Shown here one piece after another: positions 9,115-19,431 of a stretch of 64,000 bases of DNA (positions are counted from its first letter, which is position 1; each line of letters begins with the position of its first letter). The notes beneath the pieces were generated by a model, which saw nothing but the letters and a program-made list of their open reading frames with translations, had not been told where the DNA came from and did not search any database. This stretch comes from an uncultured Chthonomonadaceae bacterium (GTDB lineage: Bacteria > Armatimonadota > Chthonomonadetes > Chthonomonadales > Chthonomonadaceae), in assembly GCA_963817895.1 (NCBI GenBank), contig CAWFQB010000002.1, positions 576,001-640,000 on the forward strand, written 5' to 3'. Position numbers and translations under genes: made by a program.

Positions 9115-9864
9115 ATGAGCGATACGCGACAAACCACGTCCGCGCCCACCTCCGGCCTTCTGCGCGGCGGTGTGGCGCTTGCGGCAACGGCGGCGGTTGG
9201 GCTGGCGTCCCGCAAAGCCAGGGCCTTGTCCCTGACTTTCAACGACAACATCCCCGGAACCGGCGACATCAAAGTTCTGAACTACGCGCTGGCGCTGGAG
9301 GATTTCGAGTCGGCTTTGTATCAGGCGGCGATTACCAAACTGCCCGCATTGGGCGCGAACGCGGGTACTCCCGTCTTCGATTACGCCACCAAATTTGCCG
9401 TTGTCGAGGCCGACCACGCGGCCTTTTTGCGGGCGGCCATTACCACAGCGGGCGCGACACCCATCAGCAAGTTCACCTACGACTTCAGCGCGATCAACAA
9501 CGCGACGGATGCCCGCGCCATTCTGGAAGTGCTGCTGCAGGTGGAAGCGACGGGAGTGCGGGCCTACATCGGCGCGATTCCGCTGTTCAGTTCCAAAAGC
9601 GCGTACCTGCAAACGGCAGCGGCGATTCAGGCGACCGAAGCGCGGCATACTACCATGCTGACGATTGTGCGCAATACCGTGTATGGAACCGCCACTGCCG
9701 TCGCGCCGCTGACGCAGGACGGAAGCGCGATTGTCAACCTCAACTACGATACCATCGGCTACAGCGCGACCAGTCCCAACGAAGGCTATAAGAGCCTGGA
9801 CGTGGCGCTTTCCCCCAACGCCGTGTTGAGCGCCGTCGGCCCGTTCTTCGTCGCGCCCGCATAA
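9115..9864 (+). CDS. Ferritin-like domain protein (Ferritin_2)
   Basis: DIKVLNYALALE...EADH...EATGVRAYIG...EARH. Confidence 0.85.
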   Translation: MSDTRQTTSAPTSGLLRGGVALAATAAVGLASRKARALSLTFNDNIPGTGDIKVLNYALALEDFESALYQAAITKLPALGANAGTPVFDYATKFAVVEADHAAFLRAAITTAGATPISKFTYDFSAINNATDARAILEVLLQVEATGVRAYIGAIPLFSSKSAYLQTAAAIQATEARHTTMLTIVRNTVYGTATAVAPLTQDGSAIVNLNYDTIGYSATSPNEGYKSLDVALSPNAVLSAVGPFFVAPA

Positions 9865-10989
9865 TTCCAGGGCGGCCTTATGTTCGTTGGCGCGCGACGG
9901 GCGCCGACCGTGATTGCGGGTGGAGCCGCCGCGCAGGTCATCAGCAGAGTATGGAAACGGAAGACCGCAGGCAGATAAAAAGGGAGTATGTAGAGACAGC
10001 GTCGAAATATTGGCAATGCAGCGCTTTCAGCCCAGTGTCTCGTTGTGTCAGATTTTACAGTGGAGGCGTCGTGACCTCGGCAGTGTTATGGCGAACGGGG
10101 AGAGTGACCAGGCATCTTCTTGCGACTCCCTTCCAGGTGAAATTGTTGAGAGCGCAGAGTTGATTAGCAACTCTGCGCTTTAATATCCGGCCATCTGACT
10201 GATTAGTAGACTTGTGTTGCGTATTTTAGACGTCACAAGTACGGTAGGGGTTCACTTTCTTCTGGCTGTTGGACACTTTTTTGCAGTCTTTTTTGCGGAA
10301 GGATTGCGGATGGCGTTAGAGGAGGAACGGGAAGGGAGCGCCGGCTACAACGTGGCCGCTTGCTCTGTCTCGGTCGCATGTATCTCTTGCAGGCAGACAC
10401 CGCCTATCACAGCAGGCACAACCCGTAACAAACCTGCGTTCGGAAAGGGACAGATTGACAAAACCTTTCCCGATACACAAACACACATTAAAACGATTGT
10501 TCGCTTCCGGCAGCCAACCAGTAGCAACGGTACGCTTGCCAGGATTTCCCCATGCGGTCAGGCTCCACAGAACAGGGGCTATCGGAAGGATGAGGAGAAT
10601 TTCTATGTGCGCAATTGCGAGGCGTGATAAAAGGGATTATCACGTACTATTTAACGAACGAGCGATTTGGGCAAATTTCTATTCAAAACGGGGATTGGAA
10701 ATCGGCAGACTAGAAGGCAGGTAGGTCTGTCAATATTTAAAAAGAAAAGAGCGGCTTCCTAGCCGCTCTTCAAACTGATGTTATGATGCATAAAGGACGT
10801 TATGGGGCATAACTATACCCGAACGGGAGAGGTCTTGAAAAGGGGTTTTGTGGGGGTAAAAGATAAAACGTGGGTTGAGTTAAGAGGAGGGTATGGGAGT
10901 TCTACGCCAAGGGTGGGTTCGCTCCCCGCAAGGAATTCTGTGGCACCCGGAATCTCATATATGGCGGATTGCTCTGTTGACAGTAAGAT

Positions 10990-12063
10990 TTAGCTTGGAA
11001 TGATGCGCTGTTGCTGGAGGTCCTGCACAAGCTTGACGATTTCCTCGCCCGTGTTGAGGTTCATCTCGTGAAATCCGAAACGTCGGGCCTTCGTGACGTC
11101 GAAGAAGGCATCCACCTCCACGTTAAAGATGAAATCGCCGAACGGCCAGTTGGCAAGCTCACCGAGCGTGTTTGCCTCAAGTCCGTACTTTTTTACCATG
11201 GCGTCCCAGAGCGGCTCTTTGTCCCGCATAGCGTCGGTGAGGGAAAAGGTTTGTGGTGGAGCGCAGTCGATGCCGAAGGCGTCCGCGACCAGAGGAAACA
11301 CCTGACTCCAGCGGAAGACATCGCCGTTGGTGATGTTGAAAATCTCCCCGTAGCAGTCCTCCTTCAGCGCGGCCCATTCCATCGCCCTGGCGAGAAGTGT
11401 GGCGTCGGTGGCATTGGCAAGAATGGCGTACGCCGCTGGGGTTCCGGGGAAGCGCAGTGGCACTCCGGTCTCTTTGCAGAGGCTGGCGTAGACGGCGATC
11501 ACATTCCCTAAGTTCATCGGGTTACCAACCGCAAAACCAAAGACGATATCCGGTCGCAGCGCGGTCCATCCCCAGTTCTTGCCTTGAGAAGCCACGCGCA
11601 GATAATCTTCCTGGTCGTAGTAGAAGTTGGTCCCGAAGTGGCGTGGGTCCGTCTCCTTCGCCGGCGTTTTGTACATGCCCAGATGTGCGCCGTACGCTTT
11701 GCCCCCTTGAATAAAGGCGATGTGGCGAAAGCCGGGGGCCGCGCGCTCGACCGCCTCCACGACATTGCGCAGCATGCCCGTGTTGACGCGCGACGATTCT
11801 GCCGGATCGGACTTCTCCTGGTAAGCGGTATAGAAAACATGCGTGACATCTGAGAGCCAGTCGGACGCTCCCGCAAGTGCCGCAGGATCGAGCAGATCGA
11901 GGGAGCGAAACTCGGCGGTCGTGGGGAAATCTGGCGCGCGTCGGGAGACCGCCTTGACCGCCCATTCCTTTTCCAGATGCGCGATCAGGTTTCGTCCAAT
12001 GATGCCCAGTCCCCCGAGTACAAGAGCCGTTCGTGGCTGATTCATTATGGAAGTACTCACCAT
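10990..12063 (-). CDS. SDR oxidoreductase, progesterone 5-beta-reductase (PRISE)-like
   Basis: ALVLGGLGIIG Rossmann motif, QGGKAYG, NFYYDQED, WTALRP. Confidence 0.85.
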   Translation of the reverse strand: MVSTSIMNQPRTALVLGGLGIIGRNLIAHLEKEWAVKAVSRRAPDFPTTAEFRSLDLLDPAALAGASDWLSDVTHVFYTAYQEKSDPAESSRVNTGMLRNVVEAVERAAPGFRHIAFIQGGKAYGAHLGMYKTPAKETDPRHFGTNFYYDQEDYLRVASQGKNWGWTALRPDIVFGFAVGNPMNLGNVIAVYASLCKETGVPLRFPGTPAAYAILANATDATLLARAMEWAALKEDCYGEIFNITNGDVFRWSQVFPLVADAFGIDCAPPQTFSLTDAMRDKEPLWDAMVKKYGLEANTLGELANWPFGDFIFNVEVDAFFDVTKARRFGFHEMNLNTGEEIVKLVQDLQQQRIIPS

Positions 12064-12184
12064 AGGATCCTCATGCTTTTGTAAAGGCGGCGCGGAACGT
12101 ATCGGCAGCCACCTGCCCTTTCCTGCAACCTTGATCACGGGTTTTTTTGCCCAATGCACCGGAAAGGTATAGTTCGCGCAGTAG

Positions 12185-12877
12185 CTACGCGTTCAATTTC
12201 TCAGCCTCGTCCGGCTCCTCTCCGGGCTTGTAGCGCGGCAGCAGGAAGAAGGCGACGCACAGCAGCGCCACGGCCACTCCGACGCGAGGCGCCGCGACCG
12301 CGACCGGAACTGCGGCGATCTGGATCAGCGTCGCAATGCCGTAGCGGCGCGTCATCTGCTGGAGGAAACCGGGCGTGAGCCGTTCGTCCATCACCCGCCC
12401 GCCTGGCATTGCGTAGAACCACTTCGCCAACCAGGTGCAGGCGGTCAGGGCAAGACCGGCAACCAGGGTCACTGCCGCGACTGGCTCGAAACCCGTGCTG
12501 AGGTGAAAGCACCAGACGCGGATGGGATAAGGAATGACGACGATTGCCAGCAGGAACAGAAGGTTGAGCGCGCCGAACCAGTGATCCGACTTGGCATAGA
12601 TACGGCCCGAATAGTGGTGCTGTAGCCAGTAGGCGCCGATCACGAGATAACAGAGAACGAGCGCGAGATGTTCGCGCCACTGCTCGGCCATGGCGCTCGC
12701 CAGGTCGCTATAGCCATGCGGGCCTTCGGGAGATCCTGGAACCTTGATCTCAACGATCAGCAGGGTCAACGCGATTGCGAAAACCGCGTCGCTGAACCCC
12801 TCGAAGCGATCAAGCCCACGCTCGGCACCATGCGTGTGCGCGCCTGTGCGTTGGTTCGTCTCGTTGCGTAGCATCAT
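12185..12877 (-). CDS. TMEM175 family potassium channel-like membrane protein (DUF1211)
   Basis: RFEGFSDAVFAIALTLL signature, WLQHH, multiple TM helices. Confidence 0.88.
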   Translation of the reverse strand: MMLRNETNQRTGAHTHGAERGLDRFEGFSDAVFAIALTLLIVEIKVPGSPEGPHGYSDLASAMAEQWREHLALVLCYLVIGAYWLQHHYSGRIYAKSDHWFGALNLLFLLAIVVIPYPIRVWCFHLSTGFEPVAAVTLVAGLALTACTWLAKWFYAMPGGRVMDERLTPGFLQQMTRRYGIATLIQIAAVPVAVAAPRVGVAVALLCVAFFLLPRYKPGEEPDEAEKLNA

Positions 12878-13004
12878 AAGTCGTATCTCCCATGCAGGAA
12901 CCGATCCTCGCCGCGTGGCTACTGTTATAAAGTAGCCACGCTATAAATCACCCCAGCGGGCGCGAAGCTCCTTTATGAGGTTGGGGCGGCAGCCCACCCC
13001 TACG

Positions 13005-14174
13005 TTACGGGGCAAACACCGCGCGAACGCAGCCGTCTACTTTCTCTCGGAACATCTTGTAGGCACGGGGCGAGTTTTCCAGCGAGAAGCGGTGCGTGGC
13101 AAGGCAGGCGGTATCCAACTCCCCTCGAGAGGCGTGTTCCAGCAGAAGGGGCAAGTATTTCTGTCCATGCTGCTGTGCCGTGCGGACGGTGAGGCCTTTG
13201 TTCATGATGACGCCAATGGGAAACTTGTCCATTACGCCGTAAACGCCCAGAATCGAGAGCGTTCCTCCCTTGCGGCACGCCATGATGGCCTGACGCAGCG
13301 CTTCGCCCCGGTCCGTGTGCATCCGCAGTTCCTGCTTGACCCGGTCGTACACGTAATCCACGCCCGTGCCGTGCGCTTCCATGCCGACCGCATCAATACA
13401 GGCGTCGGGACCGCGTCCGCCCGTCATTTCCCGCAGCGTTTCCAACACGCTGTCCACTTCCGCGTAGTTGATGGTTTCGGCTTTTCCCCGCTCCCGCGCC
13501 ATTTGCAGCCGTTCCGGGAAGCGGTCAATGGCAATCACACGCTCGGCTCCCATCAGATACGCGCTCTGGATTGCCATTTGTCCCACGCCGCCACAACCCC
13601 ATACCGCTACAATGTCGCCCGGCTGAATGTCGCAGAAGTCCGCGCCCATGTAGCCGGTTGGCGCGGCATCCGACAGGAAAAGCGCCTGCTCGTCCCGAAC
13701 TCCGTCGGGAACCAGAAAACAGTCGTTATCGGCATGGGGCACACGCACATACTGTGCATGCGCGCCCGCATACCCGCCGAAGGCATGCGTGTACCCGTAA
13801 ATGCCCGCTGTGGGGTAGCCCAGCATCGGCTCCTGCAACTCCGGCTTGGGATTGGTGTTGTCGCACAGCGAATAAAGCTGATGCTGACAGTACCAGCAGT
13901 CACCGCACACAATGAAGGATGGCACCACCACACGGTCGCCTTTTTTCACCTTCTTGACTTCCGAACCGACGTCCACGATTACGCCCATAAATTCATGGCC
14001 GATCACGTCTCCCGCGCGCATGGTCGGGATGTACCCGTCAATAAAATGGAGGTCCGAACCGCAGGTCGTAGACAGGGTTACTTGCAAAATGGCATCGCGT
14101 GGATTCAGAATTTCAGGATCAGGGACGGTTTGCACACGCAGGTCGTTGATCCCTTCCCAGCAGAGCGCTCGCAT
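13005..14174 (-). CDS. Zinc-dependent alcohol/formaldehyde dehydrogenase (MDR family)
   Basis: CGSDLH, GHEFMG, CxxCxxC, VWGCGGVG; start MRALCWEG at 14174. Confidence 0.92.
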   Translation of the reverse strand: MRALCWEGINDLRVQTVPDPEILNPRDAILQVTLSTTCGSDLHFIDGYIPTMRAGDVIGHEFMGVIVDVGSEVKKVKKGDRVVVPSFIVCGDCWYCQHQLYSLCDNTNPKPELQEPMLGYPTAGIYGYTHAFGGYAGAHAQYVRVPHADNDCFLVPDGVRDEQALFLSDAAPTGYMGADFCDIQPGDIVAVWGCGGVGQMAIQSAYLMGAERVIAIDRFPERLQMARERGKAETINYAEVDSVLETLREMTGGRGPDACIDAVGMEAHGTGVDYVYDRVKQELRMHTDRGEALRQAIMACRKGGTLSILGVYGVMDKFPIGVIMNKGLTVRTAQQHGQKYLPLLLEHASRGELDTACLATHRFSLENSPRAYKMFREKVDGCVRAVFAP

Positions 14175-14244
14175 CGGCGTTTCCTTTCTCAAAACTGTCT
14201 TTATCCTCTGGTGTCTCGCGCGTAATCGCTTGCAAGACGCGCGC

Positions 14245-15120
14245 CTAATCTTTATCGGCGCGGGCAGCGGGCTGGGGCCGGGTGGTTGGGATCTCACCGG
14301 TCTCAGCCAGCGCTTTGAAGCGCCGGAGCGCCTTCCCCGCCGCCATGTCCGGCACAACCCCCAACAGTTTCGTAAGCGCCTCCCCAATCGCGCCGCCGGG
14401 CGGATCGAAGTGAAAGCGCAAAGTCACTTCGGTTCCCCGGTCGCCAGGAGCGGCATGGAAGCGTACCGAACCCTCGTTGGACATATCTGCCTCGTCCGCA
14501 GAGTGCCAGCGCACCAGTTGTCCCGGGATATCCTCCACAATTCGCGTGTCCCACTCTACATTTTGTCCCAGGGGCATACGCAGTTTCCAGTGCGTGCCCC
14601 TGCCGTTGGCAGGCGCCACATCGGCAAAGGGTTCCATAATGCGTGGGAGTGTCTGCGGCGCGCCCCACAAACGATAGAGTTCGTCGGCGGACCTGCCAAT
14701 CGTCAGGGAGCGCTCCACGATGGTAGGGTCTGCGCCCTCTCCCGCCCGTTCGCGCTGCAGGCGGCTGAGATGCTGCGCGCAGGCGACATCTACCAGCGTA
14801 ATGGCAGCGACGGCCCCCAGAGCAATCTCGGCATTGGCGCGCTTCGGATTGTCGGGCGTAATCGCCGCGCTCAGGGTCGCAATGTCGAGCGCATCGCCGC
14901 CGACGCGCGCCCACACCCATCCCGCCGGTTTGGCTGGCCCTCGCTGAGACAGCAAACCGATGCCCGTTGTAATCTCGCGAAAGCCATACGCGCGCAGCAA
15001 GCCGGCACGGTCTTCCAGACCCAGCCACTTGCCCAGGCTTCGGGGCGCCAGCACTTCGACAAGGCCTAGTCCCACGCTGAACCAGCCTAACGATTGAACG
15101 AATTTTTCATCCTTTTCCAT
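14245..15120 (-). CDS. SRPBCC (polyketide cyclase/dehydrase-like) family protein
   Basis: LGWFSVGLG N-terminal membrane domain; THWK...VEWD...GSVRF...LRRFKALAETGEI. Confidence 0.88.
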   Translation of the reverse strand: MEKDEKFVQSLGWFSVGLGLVEVLAPRSLGKWLGLEDRAGLLRAYGFREITTGIGLLSQRGPAKPAGWVWARVGGDALDIATLSAAITPDNPKRANAEIALGAVAAITLVDVACAQHLSRLQRERAGEGADPTIVERSLTIGRSADELYRLWGAPQTLPRIMEPFADVAPANGRGTHWKLRMPLGQNVEWDTRIVEDIPGQLVRWHSADEADMSNEGSVRFHAAPGDRGTEVTLRFHFDPPGGAIGEALTKLLGVVPDMAAGKALRRFKALAETGEIPTTRPQPAARADKD

Positions 15121-15324
15121 GCTCCTTACCTTTCTGCATATTAAGGGGCGCATTCTAAATGCAAGGCGTTGCCTCCAATGCCTTTCCGGAATTAGGAAAT
15201 CCTTGTCTGAACACAGCAATCACCTCTTCCTGAGCGTGGCTGTTCTGACATGGAAACCTCCGTGGCTTTCTGCATCCCTGCCACTGTTGCCCGGATGAGA
15301 CTCAGGCTGCCGAACCCGGTTTGC

Positions 15325-16011
15325 CTACTGCGTCCCCATGCGATGCATGGCGTAACCGCAAAGGGCAAGAGTGACCGCACCCAACGCTAATTTCCCTACG
15401 GGCAGGGCCGAAGTGCGCTCATGTGCGGTCCTATCAGGCAGGGCCGACGTGCGCGCGTTCGCGGGCATGGCCGAGCCGAAGTGTTCCACGATGGCTTTGC
15501 CGAAGGCGAACAGGTCGTGGGGATCGCGGCTGGAGACCCAGTTCCCATCTTTGACGACAGCCTCGTCTACATAGGTGCCTCCAGCATTGGTGATGTCATC
15601 CTTGATCCCGGCCCAGCAGGCGAGCCGCCGTCCGGCGACCAGTCCGGCAGAGACCAGAACCCACGGTCCATGACAGAGAGTGGCGATGGGTTTCTTCATC
15701 TGCTCGAAGGCGCGCACAAAATCCAGAACGCGCTCACTCTGGCGCAGGAAATCGGGGTTGATGAAACCGCCTGGAATGAGCAGGGCGTCGTAGTCGTTGG
15801 GATCGGCGGTGAAGATGGTACGATTCACCTTCTCCCGTTTGCCGGGCCAGAGCAGGTTGATCCCCTGAATAGCGCCCGGGCGCAAGGAGATCACCTCGGT
15901 GGAGGCTCCGTGCTGTTCGAGAACCTTCTTGGGTTGGGTCAGTTCCACCTGCTCAAATCCGTCGGCAGCCACAATGGCGACCCGAAGGCCCGCCAGCGAT
16001 TGCTTTGCCAT
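15325..16011 (-). CDS. PfpI/DJ-1 family intracellular protease/deglycase
   Basis: DGFEQVEL, YDALLIPGG, NPDFLR, LCHGPW. Confidence 0.9.
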   Translation of the reverse strand: MAKQSLAGLRVAIVAADGFEQVELTQPKKVLEQHGASTEVISLRPGAIQGINLLWPGKREKVNRTIFTADPNDYDALLIPGGFINPDFLRQSERVLDFVRAFEQMKKPIATLCHGPWVLVSAGLVAGRRLACWAGIKDDITNAGGTYVDEAVVKDGNWVSSRDPHDLFAFGKAIVEHFGSAMPANARTSALPDRTAHERTSALPVGKLALGAVTLALCGYAMHRMGTQ

Positions 16012-16265
16012 ATTCCTTCTCCTCGGAGTGTGACAAACCCGGTTTGTCACACCTCTCGTAAAGCCAGGCCACTCATGCCTGCCTAAGCAGAAAGACAATC
16101 AGGAACGTAGGGAGGGGATGCCCTCACAACTTTGCGCAGTTTTCCTGCTTTTCTTATCGTGTGTGCCTTTGAACGTTCCACCATTGGGGTCGCCTGAGCT
16201 TGCCCCGATGGCAGCAATCTCAGGCAACCCCAGCGCGTAGACCGAAGGCTAGAGTGTCGTGCGTC

Positions 16266-17435
16266 TTAAGGTTTCAACACCACTTTGATGCACTCGTCTT
16301 CCTTGTCGCGAAACATCTCGTACCCTTTGGGCGCATCGTCGAGCTTCAGGCGGTGGGTGATGACGAAGCTGGGATCAATCTCGCCTTTTTGCACACGCTC
16401 CAGGAGCGGCTTCATGTAGCGCTGCACGTGTGTCTGTCCCGTCTTCATGGTCAGGGATCGGTTCATAAAGGATCCCATGGGGAAGGCGTCAATCAAACCG
16501 GTAAACACGCCGGCCACCGAAACGGTTCCCCCATTACGGCAGGCCATGATTGCATCCCGCAACGCGTTCGGACGGTCGCTTTCGATCCGCACCGCTTGCT
16601 TGGCGCGATCAACCACTGCGCCGATGCCGTGCGAGTCCGCTTCCGCTCCCACCGCCTCGATACAGGCATCCGGTCCCCGCCCGCCCGTCATCTCCTTGAG
16701 CGCCTCGTTGACGTTGACTGCGGTAAAGTCCAGCGTTTCCGCCCCCACTTTTTCCCGCGCCATGCGCAGCCGTTCCGGGATGCGGTCAATACCGATCACG
16801 CGTTCCGCCCCCAAGAGAAACGCGCTCTTCATCGCGAACTGTCCCACAGGGCCGCAGCCCCACACGGCAATCGTATCGCCGGGTTGAATGTTGCAGTTCT
16901 CCGCCGCCATGTACCCGGTCGGGAAAATGTCGGACAGGAACAACACCTGCTCATCGTCTAGGCCATCCGGTATCTTGATCGGCCCGACATCGGCAAAGGG
17001 CACACGCGCATATTGCGCCTGTCCTCCGGCAAATCCCCCCAGAAGATGCGAGTAGCCGAAAACGCCTGCGATGGGGTGCCCCAACATCTGTTCGGCCATG
17101 TAGGCATTGGGATTGGAGTTCTCGCACACCGAGAACAAGCCCTTCTGACAGTAAAAACAGTTGCCGCAGGCAATGGGGAAGGGAACCACCACGCGATCCC
17201 CCACCGTCAGGTTGGTTACTCCTTTGCCGACTTCGACCACTTCTCCCATGAACTCGTGGCCGAGAATATCGCCCGTCTGCATTGTGGGCATGACGCCGTC
17301 GAAGAGGTGCAAGTCCGAACCGCAGATCGCTGTGGAGGTGATTTTGACAATGGCGTCGCGGGAATTGAGAATTTTAGGGTCGGGAACCTCATCCACGCGC
17401 ATATCGCCCTTGCCGTGCCAGCAAGTTGCCTTCAT
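16266..17435 (-). CDS. Zinc-dependent alcohol/formaldehyde dehydrogenase (paralog of 13005-14174)
   Basis: [28 protein letters not shown]. Confidence 0.92.
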   Translation of the reverse strand: MKATCWHGKGDMRVDEVPDPKILNSRDAIVKITSTAICGSDLHLFDGVMPTMQTGDILGHEFMGEVVEVGKGVTNLTVGDRVVVPFPIACGNCFYCQKGLFSVCENSNPNAYMAEQMLGHPIAGVFGYSHLLGGFAGGQAQYARVPFADVGPIKIPDGLDDEQVLFLSDIFPTGYMAAENCNIQPGDTIAVWGCGPVGQFAMKSAFLLGAERVIGIDRIPERLRMAREKVGAETLDFTAVNVNEALKEMTGGRGPDACIEAVGAEADSHGIGAVVDRAKQAVRIESDRPNALRDAIMACRNGGTVSVAGVFTGLIDAFPMGSFMNRSLTMKTGQTHVQRYMKPLLERVQKGEIDPSFVITHRLKLDDAPKGYEMFRDKEDECIKVVLKP

Positions 17436-17568
17436 GAGCGTACTCCTTGTCGTAGATCCTTTTTCTGTGGGTCCTCAATGAATGTAAACATTCAAAACAG
17501 AAGCATTCAAACAGGAACCCGCAAAATAAATCGAGTCAAGCAGAAGGAGACGGATTTAGCCGCCTCGT

Positions 17569-18558
17569 TTAACCGGTTGCCGCTTCCGCAGAGGGCTGAC
17601 CGGGGCGTTGCCGGGATCCCATGCCCTCAATGCTGCCATCCGAGCGGACGACTTCCCCCGTTTCCATGACTTGCTTGAAGCGGCGCAAATCTTCATAAAC
17701 CTGGATGGCCGGCTCTTCCCCGAACAGCTTGGCAATGCCCGCGCCGACCGCGCCTCCCGGCGGAGCGTACTGCATTTGTACGCGCACGATGGTGCCCCGT
17801 CCACCCGTTGCCGGTTCGAAGTGAACGGCCCCCGCGTTCTTGATATCCGCGCCTTCCAGCGACTGCCAGGCGATGCGCCGGTTGGGCTGATCGTCCACGA
17901 TTTCGGCATCCCACTCCACCGTCTGTCCTGCCGGGGCTTTGGCTTTCCAGTGAGAACGCCCCTCCCCCAGAGGCTGAACCGACTCCAGGTGGAGCATAAA
18001 GCGCGCGAGGTTCTGGAAGTCATGCCAGAACGTGTAAAGTTCTTCCGGCGACTTGTTGATGGTGACTGTTTCCTTGACGTCCATCCTTGATTTTCTCCGT
18101 TCAGGTTGTTGTGTGACCGCCCCGTGGTTAGCGGCGTTGGCGCCATTGGATGCGTGGAGAAGGTGCCGTCCGTCTCCCTTCTGTCCCATGTTGGTCGCTC
18201 GGCTGAGTTGTTCGCTGCAAAGCAGATCCAGCGCCGTGACGCCCAGAACCGCGGCAGTGGCGAACGAGAGCCGCTCGCGTTGGGCCTCTTGGGCGTTGAA
18301 CGTCGCGCCCAGCAACGTGAGGTCCATCATGTCGCCTCCGAAGCGCGACCACATCGCTCCCGCAGGTTGCGCCTCTCCCAGGATCGCGAGGCCGCTGACG
18401 ATTTCACGCAAGCCGAGGAGACGAAGCACAACCTCGTTCTGGGAGTTGTCCGGGACACCAATGGCTTTTGCCAAGCGGCGCGGGGCAAGAACTTCCACCA
18501 GCCCCAATCCCAGACTGAACCACCCTAAAGCTTGCGTCAACGTTGCGTTTTCTTCCAT
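17569..18558 (-). CDS. SRPBCC family protein (paralog of 14245-15120)
   Basis: LGWFSLGLG; SHWKAK...VEWDAEI...LRRFKQVMETGEV. Confidence 0.88.
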   Translation of the reverse strand: MEENATLTQALGWFSLGLGLVEVLAPRRLAKAIGVPDNSQNEVVLRLLGLREIVSGLAILGEAQPAGAMWSRFGGDMMDLTLLGATFNAQEAQRERLSFATAAVLGVTALDLLCSEQLSRATNMGQKGDGRHLLHASNGANAANHGAVTQQPERRKSRMDVKETVTINKSPEELYTFWHDFQNLARFMLHLESVQPLGEGRSHWKAKAPAGQTVEWDAEIVDDQPNRRIAWQSLEGADIKNAGAVHFEPATGGRGTIVRVQMQYAPPGGAVGAGIAKLFGEEPAIQVYEDLRRFKQVMETGEVVRSDGSIEGMGSRQRPGQPSAEAATG

Positions 18559-19431
18559 GCTGCCCCCTTCCTGAGCATCGCCAATACATGGTTCTCCTCT
18601 CCTGAGCAGGAGCGTTTGCTGTTGTTGCTGTCACTCCCGGAGAGTAGGATTGGCGCTTGCTTGTTCTCAGAGGTTACGTGCCAGAATAAAATGTGGCCTA
18701 GCGCATTCAGCCGAAACTTCTCTACTAAATCCGGGTTATATGGATTTATCCTGTGTTCGGGGAGGGATACGCCCTGGAGAAAAGTTCGCCGGATAACATC
18801 TTACGTCGGGTAAAAGTCCAAGGGGATGAGGATCACGAGAATGCAGGACTAGGAGACGGGCTTGCAAAATGCTTCATGAGAACGGCCATTCTGGTAACTA
18901 ATCTCGGAAGACTGGCACTTGGCAACACTGTTCTGAGTTTCGATACCTTCGCTCGTATCGGTAGTTAGAAGATGTTGCATTCGCTCTGTTGAGTAGGGAA
19001 CATCTTGTAAAGCCAGAGTATTGGATTGGCGTATGAAGATCATCCTATCCTCCTCTTGATTCAACAGGCGTAAAGAATAATCCTGTTGAAATAGTCGACT
19101 TAAAACATATCTTTAAAATTTTATTTATATGGACAAAGAGCCGCATCAGGAAGTGGCATTGAGAAACAAGAGTATTCTCACACTTTTACATTCCAACAAA
19201 CAGAAATGGCCTCGTAAGAATTCTGTTTGACAGCCCCGCCACCTTCATTCCGCTACCGCCACATTTTCCCGTTAAAACCTGTTGAGAGAAAAGGAATTTG
19301 CGCCTGCGTTCCCGAAATAAGGCGCGTGTGGCGCAGGGCTTTATCCGCCTGCTATATTGTTCTGCGCCGCCTCTGTCTGTTCGTATCACCCGCATTATCG
19401 CAGCCCTGTCGCAGGAAGTTTGTATACAACC

